From the IMG/VR virus record IMGVR_UViG_3300021255_004000, positions 32,001 to 96,000 of that record: a stretch of DNA of 64,000 nucleotides; one strand, 5' to 3'. Made by a program: the position numbers and the translations under genes. The notes under the pieces were generated by a model. The model had not been told where the DNA came from and did no database searches. It was given only the letters and a program-made list of their open reading frames with translations. This stretch comes from a virus. Taxonomy: Duplodnaviria; Caudoviricetes. Shown piece after piece: positions 41,161 through 48,503 of this stretch (positions within the stretch are counted from its first letter, which is position 1; every line of letters begins with the position of its first letter).

Positions 41161-42549
41161 TTACTTTAACAGATTTTTAATGTTTGCAATCAGAATTGCC
41201 TTGTCAGTTTTTCCGTTGTTTACCTGATCTTTATGGGCAACTTCCAGAGCCTTGCGGAACTTTTCACTTGGCTTGAAACCTAAAGCAATCAGATCATCAC
41301 CAGTTACAATAGGTGCAGGAATTGGCTGACCAATTAAGCTTACAATTTTTGGAGAAGCCAGAGCTTCGTCTAAAGGCATTTCTTCATCGTCAGCAGCAGT
41401 TTTGATACAACCATCGCTGTCGCTTCTGCACAGCTCGCACAGTAAGTCGAAGTCAGGCAGATTCAGAATACTCATAATTGCAAACTTTTTATCCAGCAGG
41501 CCTAACTGATGCATCTTCATATGATTTGCAACTAAGCCTTCAACACGATGAGCTGTTGCACAATCTAATCTTAAGTCTCTCAGGAACTTGTAAGCAATAG
41601 GAGCACCAACTTCTGCGTGATCTTTAACTGCAGGGAAACCATTTTTGCTTAAGCCATTTTTGCGGCCTGAAGCAGGCTTTCCACAGTCGTGCAGAATTGC
41701 GCCCATTATGAAAACGAAACGGTCAATTTCATTTTCAATTTTAGGAGCACGAGCAACTGCAGCTTTTACAACCAGCATTGTGTGGTTGAAAACATTGCCT
41801 TCACTGTGCCATTTTGGGTTCTGCTCGCAAGTTTTCATATCTTCGAAAATCTCAGTTAAGTGAATTGCATCGAAGATTCCCATTCTTCTCATAATTTCAA
41901 AAACTTCCATTGTGAAGTCTTTACCGCCAAAAGTTTTGATTAACTCAGCACATTGTCTTTCAACAGAAACATCAGCAAAAACAACTTCAGGTGTTATTTT
42001 GTTGATGTGTGCCTCGATTGCAGCAACATCCTTTTCATTTGCCTTGAAGCCTTTTGAAGCAACAAAGCGAACATATCGGAAGATTCTTAAAGGATCTTCA
42101 GTGATGCGGTCAACTGCGTTTCCAACAAAACTTAATGTGTTTGATTTGATGTCAGCAATACCACAACCTGTTGGGTCGATAATGTTTCCATCTTTATCTT
42201 CGTACAAAGAGTTTACTGTAAAATCTCTGCGGAAAGCATCATCTTCAATTTTGTTTGAAAACTTGATTGTGGGATGGCGGCCTCTTGTCAGGTCAGAACG
42301 CCAAGTTGCAATTTCAACCTGTTCACCATTGATGATTGGCATTGCAACTCCGTACAAGTTTGCTTTTCTTGTTTCTGTAACACCAAAGATTTTGTTGATC
42401 TCATCAGGTGTTGCATTTGTTGAAATATCATAATCGTGAGGAGTTCTTCCAGTCAGTTCATCACGAACGCAACCGCCGACAAAGTAGGCCTTAAAACCAG
42501 CATTTTCAATAGGTGTAATAACTTTTTTGATAATTTCCTGCTTTGTCAA
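41161..42549 (-). CDS. cca: tRNA nucleotidyltransferase (CCA-adding, class II) with HD domain
   Basis: VGGCVRD, DYD, RRDFTVN, EDPLRIFR, H...HD; array tRNA genes lack an encoded CCA. Confidence 0.9.
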   Translation of the reverse strand: MTKQEIIKKVITPIENAGFKAYFVGGCVRDELTGRTPHDYDISTNATPDEINKIFGVTETRKANLYGVAMPIINGEQVEIATWRSDLTRGRHPTIKFSNKIEDDAFRRDFTVNSLYEDKDGNIIDPTGCGIADIKSNTLSFVGNAVDRITEDPLRIFRYVRFVASKGFKANEKDVAAIEAHINKITPEVVFADVSVERQCAELIKTFGGKDFTMEVFEIMRRMGIFDAIHLTEIFEDMKTCEQNPKWHSEGNVFNHTMLVVKAAVARAPKIENEIDRFVFIMGAILHDCGKPASGRKNGLSKNGFPAVKDHAEVGAPIAYKFLRDLRLDCATAHRVEGLVANHMKMHQLGLLDKKFAIMSILNLPDFDLLCELCRSDSDGCIKTAADDEEMPLDEALASPKIVSLIGQPIPAPIVTGDDLIALGFKPSEKFRKALEVAHKDQVNNGKTDKAILIANIKNLLK

Positions 42550-42571
42550 TTTGAACCTCCGTTACAAAAAT

Positions 42572-42600
42572 AATATAAAAGACTTGCACGGAAAGTTCAA
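42572..42600 (-). promoter_or_regulatory. Early-type promoter TTGAAC-N17-TATATT
   Basis: Conserved repeat upstream of cca. Confidence 0.75.
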
Positions 42601-43169
42601 ATATTATGCAAAAGTGGATGATTCTTTTTATAGTCGAACTTCAAGCCGTCCTTTACAATTTTGACGATTTCATCGTAGCCTTTTTCATTACCATCAACGA
42701 CAACAAATGGGATTTTATTGGATTCGAGAAACTTGGATGTTTTTCCATCTATCTCTTTAGCTTCGCCTTCAGTTTGATTTCTTCCGTTAGGATTATATGG
42801 CTTCACACGATTGATGACGAAGTTGAAGTTGAAACGATGATACTTTTCAAACTCTTCAAGAGATGCAGCTTTCAACATTGGCTGATCTTCTCTTGCGTAC
42901 AATGCACCAAGAGCAATAGGGCTATCAGTGATAATTACATCGACTTTGCCAAAGCAGCGGCTTATTTTGAAAGACTGCTTTCCTGTAATGTAAAATTGAT
43001 TTTTGAAAACTTCAGAGTTGTTTTCCCAAACTTTATCTTTTGCAAACTCAGAAACATATTCACAGTCAATACCTGCAAGTTTGAGTTTTGCAAAAACATA
43101 AGCGGCGCCTGTAGATTTTCCTGCGCCTGGGCCAGCGAAAAGATTTACAATAATTGTGTTTTTATCCAT
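42597..43169 (-). CDS. P-loop kinase (NadR/nucleoside-kinase-like)
   Basis: AGPGAGKST, EFAK, ITDSP. Confidence 0.75.
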   Translation of the reverse strand: MDKNTIIVNLFAGPGAGKSTGAAYVFAKLKLAGIDCEYVSEFAKDKVWENNSEVFKNQFYITGKQSFKISRCFGKVDVIITDSPIALGALYAREDQPMLKAASLEEFEKYHRFNFNFVINRVKPYNPNGRNQTEGEAKEIDGKTSKFLESNKIPFVVVDGNEKGYDEIVKIVKDGLKFDYKKNHPLLHNI

Positions 43170-43183
43170 AGTTGGATATTAAC

Positions 43184-43207
43184 AAAAAAGGTTGCTAAAA
43201 AGCAACC
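43184..43207 (-). terminator. Intrinsic terminator ending the tRNA array
   Basis: GGTTGCT-tttt-AGCAACC-TTTTTT on minus strand. Confidence 0.75.
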
Positions 43208-43212
43208 AATTA

Positions 43213-43295
43213 CGGAACCTGCGTGAGTCGAACACGCTCAACCCGAAGGTTGTACAGCTTAGCAGGCTGCTGCATTACCGTCCTGCCCAGATTCC
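43213..43295 (-). tRNA. tRNA-Ser(GCT)
   Basis: Cloverleaf, loop CTGCTAA, long variable arm. Confidence 0.9.
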
Positions 43296-43304
43296 AAAAT
43301 ACTT

Positions 43305-43379
43305 TGTGAGTGGCAGGAGTCGAACCCGCCTTCATCTGATCCGTAGTCAGAGGCACCAATTCCGATATACCACACTCAC
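43305..43379 (-). tRNA. tRNA-Arg(ACG)
   Basis: Loop CTACGGA. Confidence 0.9.
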
Positions 43380-43389
43380 ATAAAATATA

Positions 43390-43503
43390 GGCCTGTTGTA
43401 AATAGTGCAAGATTTTCAGTCTCGTGTGTCACCGTTTCACCTCATCAGGAAACCCTGATGGTGGGAGTCGAACCCACTTACGATAATAGGAACAACTTTT
43501 GCC
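43390..43503 (-). ncRNA. Y-like stem RNA copy 1 with circularly permuted tRNA-Phe(GAA)
   Basis: Order T-arm, acceptor hairpin, D-arm, anticodon arm inside the conserved stem. Confidence 0.8.
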
Positions 43504-43510
43504 TTATGAA

Positions 43511-43584
43511 AGCATCATATCGGATTCGAACCGACCCCTACTGCTTGGAGGGCAGTCGTGCTGAGCCGCTAACACTAATGATGC
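43511..43584 (-). tRNA. tRNA-Gly(TCC), C33
   Basis: Loop CCTCCAA; U73. Confidence 0.85.
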
Positions 43585-43597
43585 ATATTAAAGTTTT

Positions 43598-43671
43598 TGG
43601 GACCTCGAGGATTTGAACCCCGCACCCAGACATTATGAGTGTCGCGCTCTGACCCAATGAGCTAAGATCCC
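43598..43671 (-). tRNA. tRNA-CAT (probably Ile2, possibly Met)
   Basis: Loop CTCATAA; GGG acceptor. Confidence 0.8.
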
Positions 43672-43674
43672 ATA

Positions 43675-44050
43675 AAGATTACACAGTACTAAGAATCTGT
43701 ATCGAACGTCGTACTCGGCGGGATCCTTTTCACTGATGAAGTTGAGTGGCTACTGTGTATCACCATTGATATGACCTGCCGTGGGACACGGGCTTCATCA
43801 TCCTTTGAGCAGCAGTTTTGAGTGACGAGTTCAAAACTTTATTGCCTCTAAGTGCCGCAGGTTCTGTCAGTTGTTTGAGAAGGACAGCGTATGTTAGACG
43901 CTTCCTTAATTATTGTACACTTGGTACAACAATCTCTCGTGTTTCCCTTGTCTTTCAAATCAGGCGCAAGTAAGAAACAAAGCGTTATGGAACCACACAT
44001 AATTCACATCATTTGTTGAACTCATAACCCTAGAAATGCCAAAATCCCTA
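43675..44050 (-). ncRNA. Candidate large structured ncRNA (~370 nt)
   Basis: No credible ORF; many hairpins; TGTTAATATA motif just upstream. Confidence 0.45.
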
Positions 44051-44074
44051 TGTTTTTATATTAACATATTCAAG

Positions 44075-44147
44075 TCAGCCACCTGGGATTTGAACCCAGA
44101 ACCTAAGGATTAAGAGTCCCTCGCGCTAACCGTTGCGCCAGTGGCCG
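44075..44147 (-). tRNA. tRNA-Lys(CTT)
   Basis: Loop CTCTTAA. Confidence 0.9.
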
Positions 44148-44152
44148 ATAAG

Positions 44153-44223
44153 TGAGCGATACGGGAGTTGAACCCGTCTCAGCAGATTAAAAGTCTGCGG
44201 CAAAACCGATTTGCTAATCGCCC
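44153..44223 (-). tRNA. tRNA-Lys(TTT)
   Basis: Loop CTTTTAA. Confidence 0.85.
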
Positions 44224-44233
44224 GTAAATTGTT

Positions 44234-44306
44234 TGAGCTTGATGGGAATCGAACCCACGACCCACAGATTAAAAGTCTGTTGCTCTACCTATTGAGCTAC
44301 AAGCCC
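44234..44306 (-). tRNA. tRNA-Lys(TTT)
   Basis: Loop CTTTTAA. Confidence 0.95.
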
Positions 44307-44400
44307 ATAAGATACTCAAACAATTTAACAGGCTTTGTCTAAGGCAGCAATTACTGCTGCCACTTCCGCATTTCCTCTCATAATCATAATTTACTCCTTG

Positions 44401-44473
44401 AGATGAGGATGGGACTCGAACCCACCTGTAACAGTTTTGCAGACTGCTGCCTCACCAATTTGGCTACCTCATC
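44401..44473 (-). tRNA. tRNA-Cys(GCA)
   Basis: Loop CTGCAAA, U73. Confidence 0.9.
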
Positions 44474-44484
44474 ATAATTTTATT

Positions 44485-44556
44485 TACCGCGTGAAGGAGT
44501 TGAACCTTCCTAAGCCGTCTTGTAAGGGCGGTGCACAACCGATGTACCAACGCGGT
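44485..44556 (-). tRNA. tRNA-Val(TAC)
   Basis: Loop CTTACAA. Confidence 0.85.
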
Positions 44557-44566
44557 ATAAAGTTGA

Positions 44567-44649
44567 CGGAAGCGACAGGAATCGAACCTGCGACCTTTTT
44601 AGGGGAGACTGTTTTCAAGACAGTTTGATGCGCCAACCAACTCGCTTCC
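44567..44649 (-). tRNA. tRNA-Ser(TGA)
   Basis: Loop CTTGAAA, long variable arm, G73. Confidence 0.85.
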
Positions 44650-44657
44650 AAATGTAG

Positions 44658-44730
44658 GGTGCCCATCGGGATTCGAACCCGACCCTGAAGATCCACAATC
44701 TGCCGTGCTAACCGCTAACACTATGGGTAC
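44658..44730 (-). tRNA. tRNA-His(GTG)
   Basis: Loop TTGTGGA, C73; no encoded G-1. Confidence 0.85.
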
Positions 44731-44732
44731 AT

Positions 44733-44805
44733 TGCTGAAGGCAGGATTCGGACCTGCTACATCTGCCTTATGAGGGCAGCGTTCAACCGTATGAACTTCT
44801 TCAAC
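44733..44805 (-). tRNA. tRNA-Met(CAT)
   Basis: Loop CTCATAA; T-loop TCCGAAT. Confidence 0.8.
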
Positions 44806-44812
44806 ATAATAG

Positions 44813-44883
44813 CCCAAACTCAGGGATTTGAACCCCGGCTAGATGATCTTCAGTCACCTGTGCTACCGCTACACCAAGTTTGG
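44813..44883 (-). tRNA. tRNA-Phe(GAA)
   Basis: Loop CTGAAGA; atypical G37 and G73. Confidence 0.75.
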
Positions 44884-44888
44884 ATATC

Positions 44889-44962
44889 TGTGGCATCGGG
44901 GATTCGAACCCCGAAAATTTGCGTTCTTAGCGCAACAAGTATGCCAGTTCCATCAATGCCAC
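44889..44962 (-). tRNA. tRNA-Leu(AAG), short variable loop
   Basis: Loop CTAAGAA; Leu-type D arm, 5-nt variable region. Confidence 0.8.
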
Positions 44963-45570
44963 AAAAGTGTATTAGTTCGTTCATCGTATCTAATAAAGAT
45001 ACAATGAAGTCTACTTTTAATGTAGTCCTCTCTGGCTTTATCTTTCATCTTTCCTTTAACAGAATTGTGATAGCCTTTCTTTTCATCATATTCAAAAGCA
45101 ATGTTCAATTCTTTGTCATAGCCATCAAGGTGATATGGTCCAACACAAACTTCTCCGCCATTCATAGCGTGTTGTAAATGCCAACCATATTTTGCGTTCA
45201 GCTCATCAATGAACTTACAAGCATTTTCATTATAATTGCAATAGTTACCAAGATTGTGTCTTTTCCGCATCATCTCAGCAAGTTTTGCTCTTGTTTCAGG
45301 CGTATGAGTGTGGCCTTTCTTAATCTCACGATTAGGATTCAGTCCACAGTATCTCATATGTTGTGTTTTTGACTCCTTATTATTGAAGATTCTTCCGCAA
45401 AAGTCACAAAAACAAGTTTCTTTTCTATGAAGAGACCTTCCCAAGGAGTCAAGTCCTTGTTCTAATCTTTTTTCACAAGTTTTCTTATGTTCAAAATAGT
45501 TTCTTCTACCTTGAACAACACAACCACAATATTCACATTTCCAATTTTGAGCGTTTTTGTATGTTTTCAT
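44953..45570 (-). CDS. Homing-type endonuclease (Zn fingers, NUMOD3-like, Vsr/PD-(D/E)xK)
   Basis: CEYC, CDFC, HTPETRAKL, LDGYD...FEYDE; 3' end overlaps tRNA-Leu. Confidence 0.75.
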   Translation of the reverse strand: MKTYKNAQNWKCEYCGCVVQGRRNYFEHKKTCEKRLEQGLDSLGRSLHRKETCFCDFCGRIFNNKESKTQHMRYCGLNPNREIKKGHTHTPETRAKLAEMMRKRHNLGNYCNYNENACKFIDELNAKYGWHLQHAMNGGEVCVGPYHLDGYDKELNIAFEYDEKKGYHNSVKGKMKDKAREDYIKSRLHCIFIRYDERTNTLLWH

Positions 45571-45622
45571 ATCAATTAGTAAAGATTGGAAGACACACTT
45601 AACATCTCAAACCCATATTAAC

Positions 45623-45692
45623 AAAAAAGGCAACTCCTAAGAGCCGCCTTGAAAGATTTGTAAACTGTTTCTGCTTACAACTTCAAGGCTCT
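45623..45692 (-). promoter_or_regulatory. Attenuator 3: antiterminator/terminator
   Basis: Terminator AAGGCGGCTC-ttag-GAGTTGCCTT-TTTT; its 5' arm can instead pair with GCCTTGAAG spanning the leader stop. Confidence 0.8.
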
Positions 45693-45811
45693 AATACGAA
45701 ATGTTTTCCAAAGAGAGAACGAAGGACCATCTTCGAACACATACCGCATCCCAATACGAAACTAACAAATGAGGAATGTTTAACTATGTTCGACATCTTT
45801 GAAAAATTCAT
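45683..45811 (-). CDS. Leader peptide 3 (42 aa) MNFSKMSNIVKHSSFVSFVLGCGMCSKMVLRSLFGKHFVLEP
   Basis: AAGGA RBS; composition matches downstream tRNAs. Confidence 0.8.
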   Translation of the reverse strand: MNFSKMSNIVKHSSFVSFVLGCGMCSKMVLRSLFGKHFVLEP

Positions 45812-45893
45812 ATTCGTCAATCCTTAGCTATCAGGTTGCTACCCAAAATGTTTTTTCTTATTGAATAGTTAGTAAACAATTCAATAAAGTAAG

Positions 45894-45966
45894 TGGACCT
45901 ACCGAGCATCGAACTCGGACCTCAGGATTGCAGATCCCGTATGCCAGCCATTAACACCTTAAGCCC
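45894..45966 (-). tRNA. tRNA-Ala(TGC), C33
   Basis: Loop TCTGCAA; G3:U70. Confidence 0.85.
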
Positions 45967-45971
45967 ATAAA

Positions 45972-46092
45972 AATCTTCTGTTTATCCGCGAAGGTTGTTA
46001 CCAACTCTTCTTTCCTCTTGGAGGAACTGCTTTGTTTATTCTCCCGCTCCCGCATAACGCGTCGGTGTTGCGTTAGGAATTCACAGAAGATT
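45972..46092 (-). ncRNA. Candidate structured small RNA
   Basis: 10-bp closing stem AATCTTCTGT/ACAGAAGATT with internal hairpins. Confidence 0.45.
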
Positions 46093-46094
46093 AG

Positions 46095-46167
46095 TGGACC
46101 GTAGGGGAGTCGAACCCCTCTTTCCAGCGTGCAAAGCTGGAGTACTAAGCCGATATACGAACAGCCC
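46095..46167 (-). tRNA. tRNA-Ala(TGC)
   Basis: Loop TTTGCAC; G3:U70. Confidence 0.9.
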
Positions 46168-46174
46168 AAAATTA

Positions 46175-46260
46175 AAAGCGGGTTGTAAAAATTTCGCCGC
46201 AATGACGAAATATTGGAGTCGAACCAATAATTTCCGTTTAATAGGAACAACCTTTGCTTT
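46175..46260 (-). ncRNA. Y-like stem RNA copy 2 (T-arm plus acceptor-like hairpin)
   Basis: AGC-AAA-GGTTGT-TCCTA...ATTGG-TTCGACT-CCAAT...ACAACC-C-GCT. Confidence 0.75.
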
Positions 46261-46261
46261 A

Positions 46262-46333
46262 TTCCTCTGCTAGGATTCGAACCCAGAACAACTGATCCAG
46301 AGTCAGCAGTGTTACCAATTACACCACAGAGAA
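46262..46333 (-). tRNA. tRNA-Gln(CTG)
   Basis: Loop CTCTGGA. Confidence 0.9.
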
Positions 46334-46334
46334 G

Positions 46335-46406
46335 TCGGACGAGAAGGAGTTGAACCTTCGAAATCTCGGTCCCAGGCCGAGTGACATACCGCTTGCCGAC
46401 CGTCCG
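46335..46406 (-). tRNA. tRNA-Pro(TGG), C33
   Basis: Loop CCTGGGA; C1:G72, A73. Confidence 0.85.
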
Positions 46407-46414
46407 AAAATGAA

Positions 46415-46486
46415 AGCACCTGAAGGGAGTTGAACCCTCGCCTCAGCCTTGGCAAGGCCGCGTACTAGCCGTTATACTACAAGTAC
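46415..46486 (-). tRNA. tRNA-Gly(GCC)
   Basis: Loop TTGCCAA. Confidence 0.9.
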
Positions 46487-46495
46487 ATAAAATAT

Positions 46496-46570
46496 TGGGG
46501 TGGGTGGAATTGAACCACCGTGTAACCAACTAACCTTTCTGCGGTTTATCAGACCGAGGGTATACACCCC
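46496..46570 (-). tRNA. D-armless tRNA-Ile(GAT)-like RNA
   Basis: Acceptor GGGGTG/CACCCC, CGGT-CTGATAA-ACCG, long variable region, canonical T arm, no D stem. Confidence 0.6.
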
Positions 46571-46587
46571 ATTGTGTTTCAAGTTTT

Positions 46588-46660
46588 CAGGTGCGGAGAG
46601 ATTCGAACTCCCACCGACGGACTTGGAAACCGTAATGCTAAACCTTTACACCACGCACCT
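46588..46660 (-). tRNA. tRNA-Trp(CCA)
   Basis: Loop TTCCAAG; A1:U72, G73. Confidence 0.8.
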
Positions 46661-46668
46661 ATAAATCA

Positions 46669-46721
46669 TTAAAGGCTCAACTTTTAGTTGAGCCTGTAAA
46701 ATCCAAATTTTACTAGGCTCA
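46669..46721 (-). promoter_or_regulatory. Attenuator 2: antiterminator/terminator
   Basis: TGAGCCT-a-GTAAAAT-ttgg-ATTTTAC-AGGCTCA competes with AGGCTCAAC-taaaa-GTTGAGCCT. Confidence 0.8.
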
Positions 46722-46853
46722 CTTGATCTGCCACTGTCCTGAAATTGGGGCAATAGCTGCAACTGGTGCAAAGCCGGCGAAAGAAACTGGAAGACTAATG
46801 TGGCCGGCAAGTTTTACTGACTTAACTGATTTACAAACCATCATTGCTTTCAT
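46719..46853 (-). CDS. Leader peptide 2 (44 aa) MKAMMVCKSVKSVKLAGHISLPVSFAGFAPVAAIAPISGQWQIK
   Basis: AGGAG/AAGGA RBS, TGTTAATATA motif upstream; stop TGA begins the antiterminator arm. Confidence 0.8.
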   Translation of the reverse strand: MKAMMVCKSVKSVKLAGHISLPVSFAGFAPVAAIAPISGQWQIK

Positions 46854-46958
46854 ATTGTCCTTTCTCCTATAATTTTATATTAACAACTTTTCAGAAGTTT
46901 CTGAAAAATTATTTTCAATATTTAGTTAGTACAGTTGCAAAAACTGTAAGAGTTTTAA

Positions 46959-47040
46959 TCGGCCAGGAGAGACTCGAACTCTCAATCCACACGGCGTCCG
47001 ACCTTAATTCGGATGTGTATACCAATTCCACCACTGACCG
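46959..47040 (-). tRNA. tRNA-Leu(TAA)
   Basis: Loop ATTAAGG, long variable arm. Confidence 0.85.
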
Positions 47041-47047
47041 AACAAAA

Positions 47048-47230
47048 TTAACTATCCTTTAAGTATGCAACAGTTTTTCCATTTTCAAACATTTCTTGTT
47101 GAAGTTTGGAAATCTTGTTGTAAAGATCTTGGCAAATGCCTTTTGATCTTCCACTTAAATGGAAGCGTGCCATATGTCCTAGCACGAATGCAAGTTCTTG
47201 CAATCTCTCGTTATCGAGTTTGATTGTCAT
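47048..47230 (-). CDS. Small hypothetical protein
   Basis: AAGGAG RBS before MTIKLD. Confidence 0.55.
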   Translation of the reverse strand: MTIKLDNERLQELAFVLGHMARFHLSGRSKGICQDLYNKISKLQQEMFENGKTVAYLKDS

Positions 47231-47275
47231 ATAGACTCCTTGCACCACCAATTTTTTAATGAAATTGGAAACATT

Positions 47276-47342
47276 GGCGAGCTGTAGCAAATATACATTA
47301 ACAGTGTATTGCCTCATCGGCGTAATAGGAACAACTTATGCC
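47276..47342 (-). ncRNA. Y-like stem RNA copy 3 displaying an Asn(GTT) anticodon stem-loop
   Basis: GGC-ATA-AGTTGT-TCCTA...ATACA-CTGTTAA-TGTAT...ACAGCT-C-GCC. Confidence 0.75.
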
Positions 47343-47351
47343 TAACATGTG

Positions 47352-47433
47352 TGGCCGCAGGAAGTTTTGCCATCTCTTCGTCCCCCGACTTACAAGGTCG
47401 GTGCTCTTAGGGCAGTCTGAGCTACATTTGGCC
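47352..47433 (-). pseudogene. Aberrant tRNA-Thr(TGT)-like element
   Basis: D arm and CCGAC-CTTGTAA-GTCGG intact; T loop and acceptor non-canonical. Confidence 0.5.
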
Positions 47434-47434
47434 T

Positions 47435-47740
47435 TTGCTGCATCATAAAAAGACAACGCAGCGAAATCCGAAGTTTTTCTTTCAGTTGCCACAACCAAGT
47501 ATTTTTCAACCCACGTCTCATTAAGACAACCTACACTGGAGCTTTTGGTAAAACTTTCTACCCATATTCATCATACGGTAACCATTGTAAAGGCCTTTAT
47601 GCTTGTTCCGCCAGGCTCCCCGCTGACCAAGCTGATGTCTCGGTAATTTTTCATACCAGCCTCACCTTGGGCTCATACTTCCTTTCCCCAAGTACTCTTA
47701 GGTTTTCACGCGACCTAAACTATCCCACGAGTTTGAAAGA
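47435..47740 (-). ncRNA. Candidate large structured ncRNA (~300 nt)
   Basis: GC-richer than coding DNA, many hairpins, no credible ORF. Confidence 0.4.
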
Positions 47741-47751
47741 GTTTGCTTTCT

Positions 47752-48054
47752 CTAGTAATAACACCACCATTTGATACGACAAGTTTCACTGTCGAAGCAT
47801 TCAGTAAGAATGTTATCAATTTCCTCTTCCGTTGTATCAATATTAACAGATTTCAGTCTGCTTCTGATAAGTCCACGAGAATCTTTTTTCTTCTCGGAAC
47901 GGTCTCCTTTCATCGCACGGCGAGCGTAACGATCACAAGGATTTCCCCAACGGAACCAGAATCTTCGAGCTTCCTGTGTACCGCGTCTTGCGGTATATTC
48001 ACCGTAGCTGAAGTTTGCCTTATAAAAGGCGCTCTCGCAATAATCATTTAACAT
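47752..48054 (-). CDS. Small basic hypothetical protein
   Basis: AGGAG RBS; 100 aa. Confidence 0.6.
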   Translation of the reverse strand: MLNDYCESAFYKANFSYGEYTARRGTQEARRFWFRWGNPCDRYARRAMKGDRSEKKKDSRGLIRSRLKSVNIDTTEEEIDNILTECFDSETCRIKWWCYY

Positions 48055-48251
48055 CTAGTGTATCTCCTACACTATCCGTAAGTCATACGCGATCCTCCTA
48101 TTATAGCATCATCGTTCACAGGATCGAACTGCAACCGTACAGACCTTTAGAGCCTATCCGTTTTACCCCACACAGGGCGATGTTGCTTATGGTTGAACGA
48201 GATGGCAACAACATTACTTGTACACCAACGTCATCTGCTATAAAACTAAGA

Positions 48252-48333
48252 TGGGCCAAAGGAGAGTCGAACTCCTAATCCTTTCGGCGACTGCTTTTGA
48301 GGCAGTTGCGTATACCAGTTCCGCCATTAGCCC
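48252..48333 (-). tRNA. tRNA-Leu(CAA)
   Basis: Loop CTCAAAA, long variable arm. Confidence 0.9.
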
Positions 48334-48339
48334 AAATGA

Positions 48340-48412
48340 TTGCGGGAGGTGGACTCGAACCACCGACCTTCGGGTTATGGGCCCGATAAGCTGCCAACTG
48401 CTCTATCCCGCG
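48340..48412 (-). tRNA. tRNA-fMet(CAT), C33
   Basis: C1:A72 mismatch, GGG/CCC anticodon stem, loop CCCATAA. Confidence 0.9.
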
Positions 48413-48427
48413 ATGTAACATGTGTTT

Positions 48428-48503
48428 TGACGCTGACAGGACTCGAACCTGCGACACCGAGCTTAGAAGGCTCGTGTTCTTATTCCAGCTGAACTACAGC
48501 GCC
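48428..48503 (-). tRNA. tRNA-Arg(TCT)
   Basis: Loop CTTCTAA. Confidence 0.9.

Noticed and set aside
44325-44387. 20-aa ORF MIMRGNAEVAAVIAALDKAC with an AAGGAG RBS as a fourth attenuator leader
   Set aside because: No terminator follows and its composition does not match the downstream Lys tRNAs; it may still be a real small peptide.
46588-46660. Reading this tRNA as Gly(TCC)
   Set aside because: The 17-nt arm register gives loop TTCCAAG (CCA), and A1:U72 with G73 fits Trp.
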